Below are positions 34,197 through 35,958 of a stretch of DNA of 35,958 bases, in pieces. A program made the translations under genes and the position numbers. The notes under the pieces are model-generated. The model was not told the DNA's origin and did not search any database. It saw only the letters and a program-made list of their open reading frames with translations. This stretch comes from an uncultured bacterium (GTDB lineage: Bacteria > Lernaellota > Lernaellaia > Lernaellales > Lernaellaceae), in assembly GCA_964534375.1 (NCBI GenBank), contig CAZHPN010000047.1:1-35958 (forward strand), read 5' to 3'. Numbering within the stretch: the first letter of the stretch is position 1; each line of letters begins with the position of its first letter.

Positions 34197-35300
34197 CTGA
34201 CCCGCGCGCGGGTAGTCGGTGTAGCCCTTCGCGCCCGGCGTGTAGAACGTCGCGAAATCCGGCGCCGCAAGCGGCAGCCCTTGTTCGAGCCGCACCACAA
34301 AGTCCGGGTTCGAGATGAACGGCCGGCCGAAGGCGATCAGGTCGGCGCGACCTTCCTGCACGGCCGCCGCCGCGGTCGCGCAATCGAAGCCGCCGGCCAG
34401 CATGAACGTGCGCGGCCAGGCTTGGCGCAGCGCCATTTTCAATTCGGCTGGCACCTTCGGCGCGCCCATCGCCGAATGATCGACGAGGTGCACGTATTGC
34501 ACGCCGGTCGGGATCAGCAGGCGAATCAGCGCGAAGTAGGTTTCGTCGATCTCCGCGTAGGGCTTCATGCCGGCGTTGACGCCGTAGGGCGAAAGCCGGA
34601 TGCCGACGCGCCCGCCGCCGATGGCGTCCGCCACGGCTTGCGCCGTCTCGACGACGAAACGCAGCCGGTTGGCGATCGAGCCGCCCCAGGCGTCCGTGCG
34701 CAGATTGGCGTGCGGGCTGATGAATTGTTCGAGAAGGTAGCCGTTGGCGGCGTGCAGTTCGACGCCGTCGAAACCGGCGGCGATCGCGTTTTTCGCCGCC
34801 TGCACGTATTCGCCGCGCGCCTGCAAAATTTCGTTGTCGTTCATCGCCCGCGGCGTCGGATACGGCTGCAGGCCCTGGGCGTCGGTGAAGATCTCGCCCT
34901 CGACGGCGACTGCGCTCGGCGCCAGTACGGCGGCGCCCGGCGGCAGGTTGAGCGCGTGCCCGACGCGGCCGCTGTGCATCAGTTGCGCCACGATACGCCC
35001 GCCGTTCGCGTGCACCGCGGCGGTCGCCGGCCGCCAGTTTTCAACCTGCGCCTGCGACCACAGCCCAGGGATGCGGGCGTAACCGACGCCGTTGGGCGAC
35101 GGCGATGTGCCCTCGGTGACAATCAGGCCGGCGCCCGAGCGCTGGCCGTAATATTCCGCCATCAACGCGGTCGGAATATTGTCCGGCGTGGCGCGGCTGC
35201 GCGTCATCGGCGCCATTACAATGCGGTTTTTCAACGACAAGGCGCCGACGGTCGCCGGCGAACAAAGGTGCGTAAAGGGATTGGTCGCGGTCAAAGTCAT
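34194..35300 (-). CDS. Old Yellow Enzyme / alkene reductase (NemA-like)
   Basis: NRIVMAPMTRSRA, GLIVTEGT, QLMHSGR, GFDGVELHAANGYL, FGRPFISNPD, GYTDYP; ATG 35300 after GGAGG. Confidence 0.96.
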   Translation of the reverse strand: MTLTATNPFTHLCSPATVGALSLKNRIVMAPMTRSRATPDNIPTALMAEYYGQRSGAGLIVTEGTSPSPNGVGYARIPGLWSQAQVENWRPATAAVHANGGRIVAQLMHSGRVGHALNLPPGAAVLAPSAVAVEGEIFTDAQGLQPYPTPRAMNDNEILQARGEYVQAAKNAIAAGFDGVELHAANGYLLEQFISPHANLRTDAWGGSIANRLRFVVETAQAVADAIGGGRVGIRLSPYGVNAGMKPYAEIDETYFALIRLLIPTGVQYVHLVDHSAMGAPKVPAELKMALRQAWPRTFMLAGGFDCATAAAAVQEGRADLIAFGRPFISNPDFVVRLEQGLPLAAPDFATFYTPGAKGYTDYPRAGQ

Positions 35301-35450
35301 AAGAAAACCTCCGTTTTGGGGGGCATCCGAATGCCCGGTCGATTGTTTGTCGAATCTGTTTTGCAAAATAATCACGGCGGGCGCGAAAGCAATCGGCAGG
35401 TCCGAGGGACGGCGCGGCGAATGACGGCGCCGGAGGCCAATGGCAGGCCC

Positions 35451-35543
35451 CGCCAAAGGCGCCGGCCAAAAGTGCCGGCCAAAAGTGCGGCCCGGCCAAA
35501 AGTGCCAGCCACTCCGGCGATGACTCCGGCGATGCTCCGGCGG
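35451..35543. repeat. Tandem repeat field: CCGGCCAAAAGTG x3 and ACTCCGGCGATG x2 plus a partial copy
   Basis: 13-mers at 35462, 35475 and 35492; 12-mers at 35511 and 35523. Confidence 0.9.
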
Positions 35544-35629
35544 TGTGTGGCGACTCATGCCTTCGGCCCGGGTCTTCGTTCGCTGATTGCTCCGACGGAT
35601 GTCGCGCTTCGTTGGTTTTCGGGCTTAAA

Positions 35630-35667
35630 AAGAACAGAAAGGCAGATTAAGAACAGAAAGGCAGATT
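35630..35667. repeat. Perfect 19-bp tandem duplication AAGAACAGAAAGGCAGATT
   Basis: 35630-35648 and 35649-35667. Confidence 0.9.
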
Positions 35668-35761
35668 TAGGCACTATCATTGACCCGCGTTTCCAGCGCC
35701 GAATAGATTTTCGCCGTTGTAGCCGGTGTTTTGGAGGATTCGGCGGGCGCTTACGATGCGC

Positions 35762-35958
35762 CTAATCAGGCGCGGGCGGCAACGGGACAAACGGCGGCAC
35801 GTAGCAACCGGGCGGAAATTGGTAAACGGCTGCGGGCGGCTGCCGCCAAAACAGGTCGCGCGCAGCGCGATATGCTCTGACGAACATGTTGTACGCGCCG
35901 CGATGGTCCAATCTGGCCTCTTTGGTCGCGGCGTGGCACAGCGGCTGCGGTCGCTTCT
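35762..35958 (-). CDS. C-terminus of a probable Y1 (IS200-like/RAYT-type) transposase, partial
   Basis: Not in the ORF track. Manual translation: KRPQPLCHAATKEARLDHRGAYNMFVRAYRAARDLFWRQPPAAVYQFPPGCYVPPFVPLPPAPD*. The PxPxxHA..YxxFxxxYRxA..FPxG pattern resembles, from memory, the tails of long REP-associated transposases. The catalytic HUH domain is outside the window. Confidence 0.55.
   Translation of the reverse strand, partial: KRPQPLCHAATKEARLDHRGAYNMFVRAYRAARDLFWRQPPAAVYQFPPGCYVPPFVPLPPAPD

Noticed and set aside
35301..35558. N-terminal extension of the OYE ORF
   Set aside because: It is translated repeat DNA; the GGAGG RBS and family similarity place the start at 35300.
35451..35667. 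CRISPR array or plasmid iterons
   Set aside because: Repeats are 12-19 bp, adjacent and lack unique spacers; no cas or rep gene is present.

Overview
GC-rich bacterial window. The gene content suggests a delta-proteobacteria-like or Myxococcota-like lineage, which is inference only. The right part (27372-33848, minus strand) is a compact housekeeping run: REC-GGDEF diguanylate cyclase, PAS histidine kinase, def, fmt, rsmB, rpe and tRNA-Pro(CGG). Beyond it lie an Old Yellow Enzyme and, at the window edge, the probable 3' end of a Y1/RAYT-type transposase with a repeat field. The left 27 kb is accessory, envelope-focused DNA: an mdtABC RND pump, a Spy/CpxP-like protein, three lipoproteins sharing a poly-Asp 'DDDASP' tether (double 7-blade propeller, tether-only, Cys-rich repeats), a further propeller lipoprotein, a DUF481-like barrel, a GT-C-like membrane protein, an orphan yidD-DUF4177-like-Zn-ribbon/TPR trio and several enzymes. 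Intergenic DNA is rich in small repeats: a 365-bp MITE-like element with nested REP palindromes, a degenerate two-copy element carrying a promoter-like sequence, CAAAAGTG motifs shared with the transposase flank, and different 7- and 9-mer tandem arrays at gene junctions. No CRISPR array, integrase or rRNA was seen. All family calls come from motif recognition by eye, not database searches.
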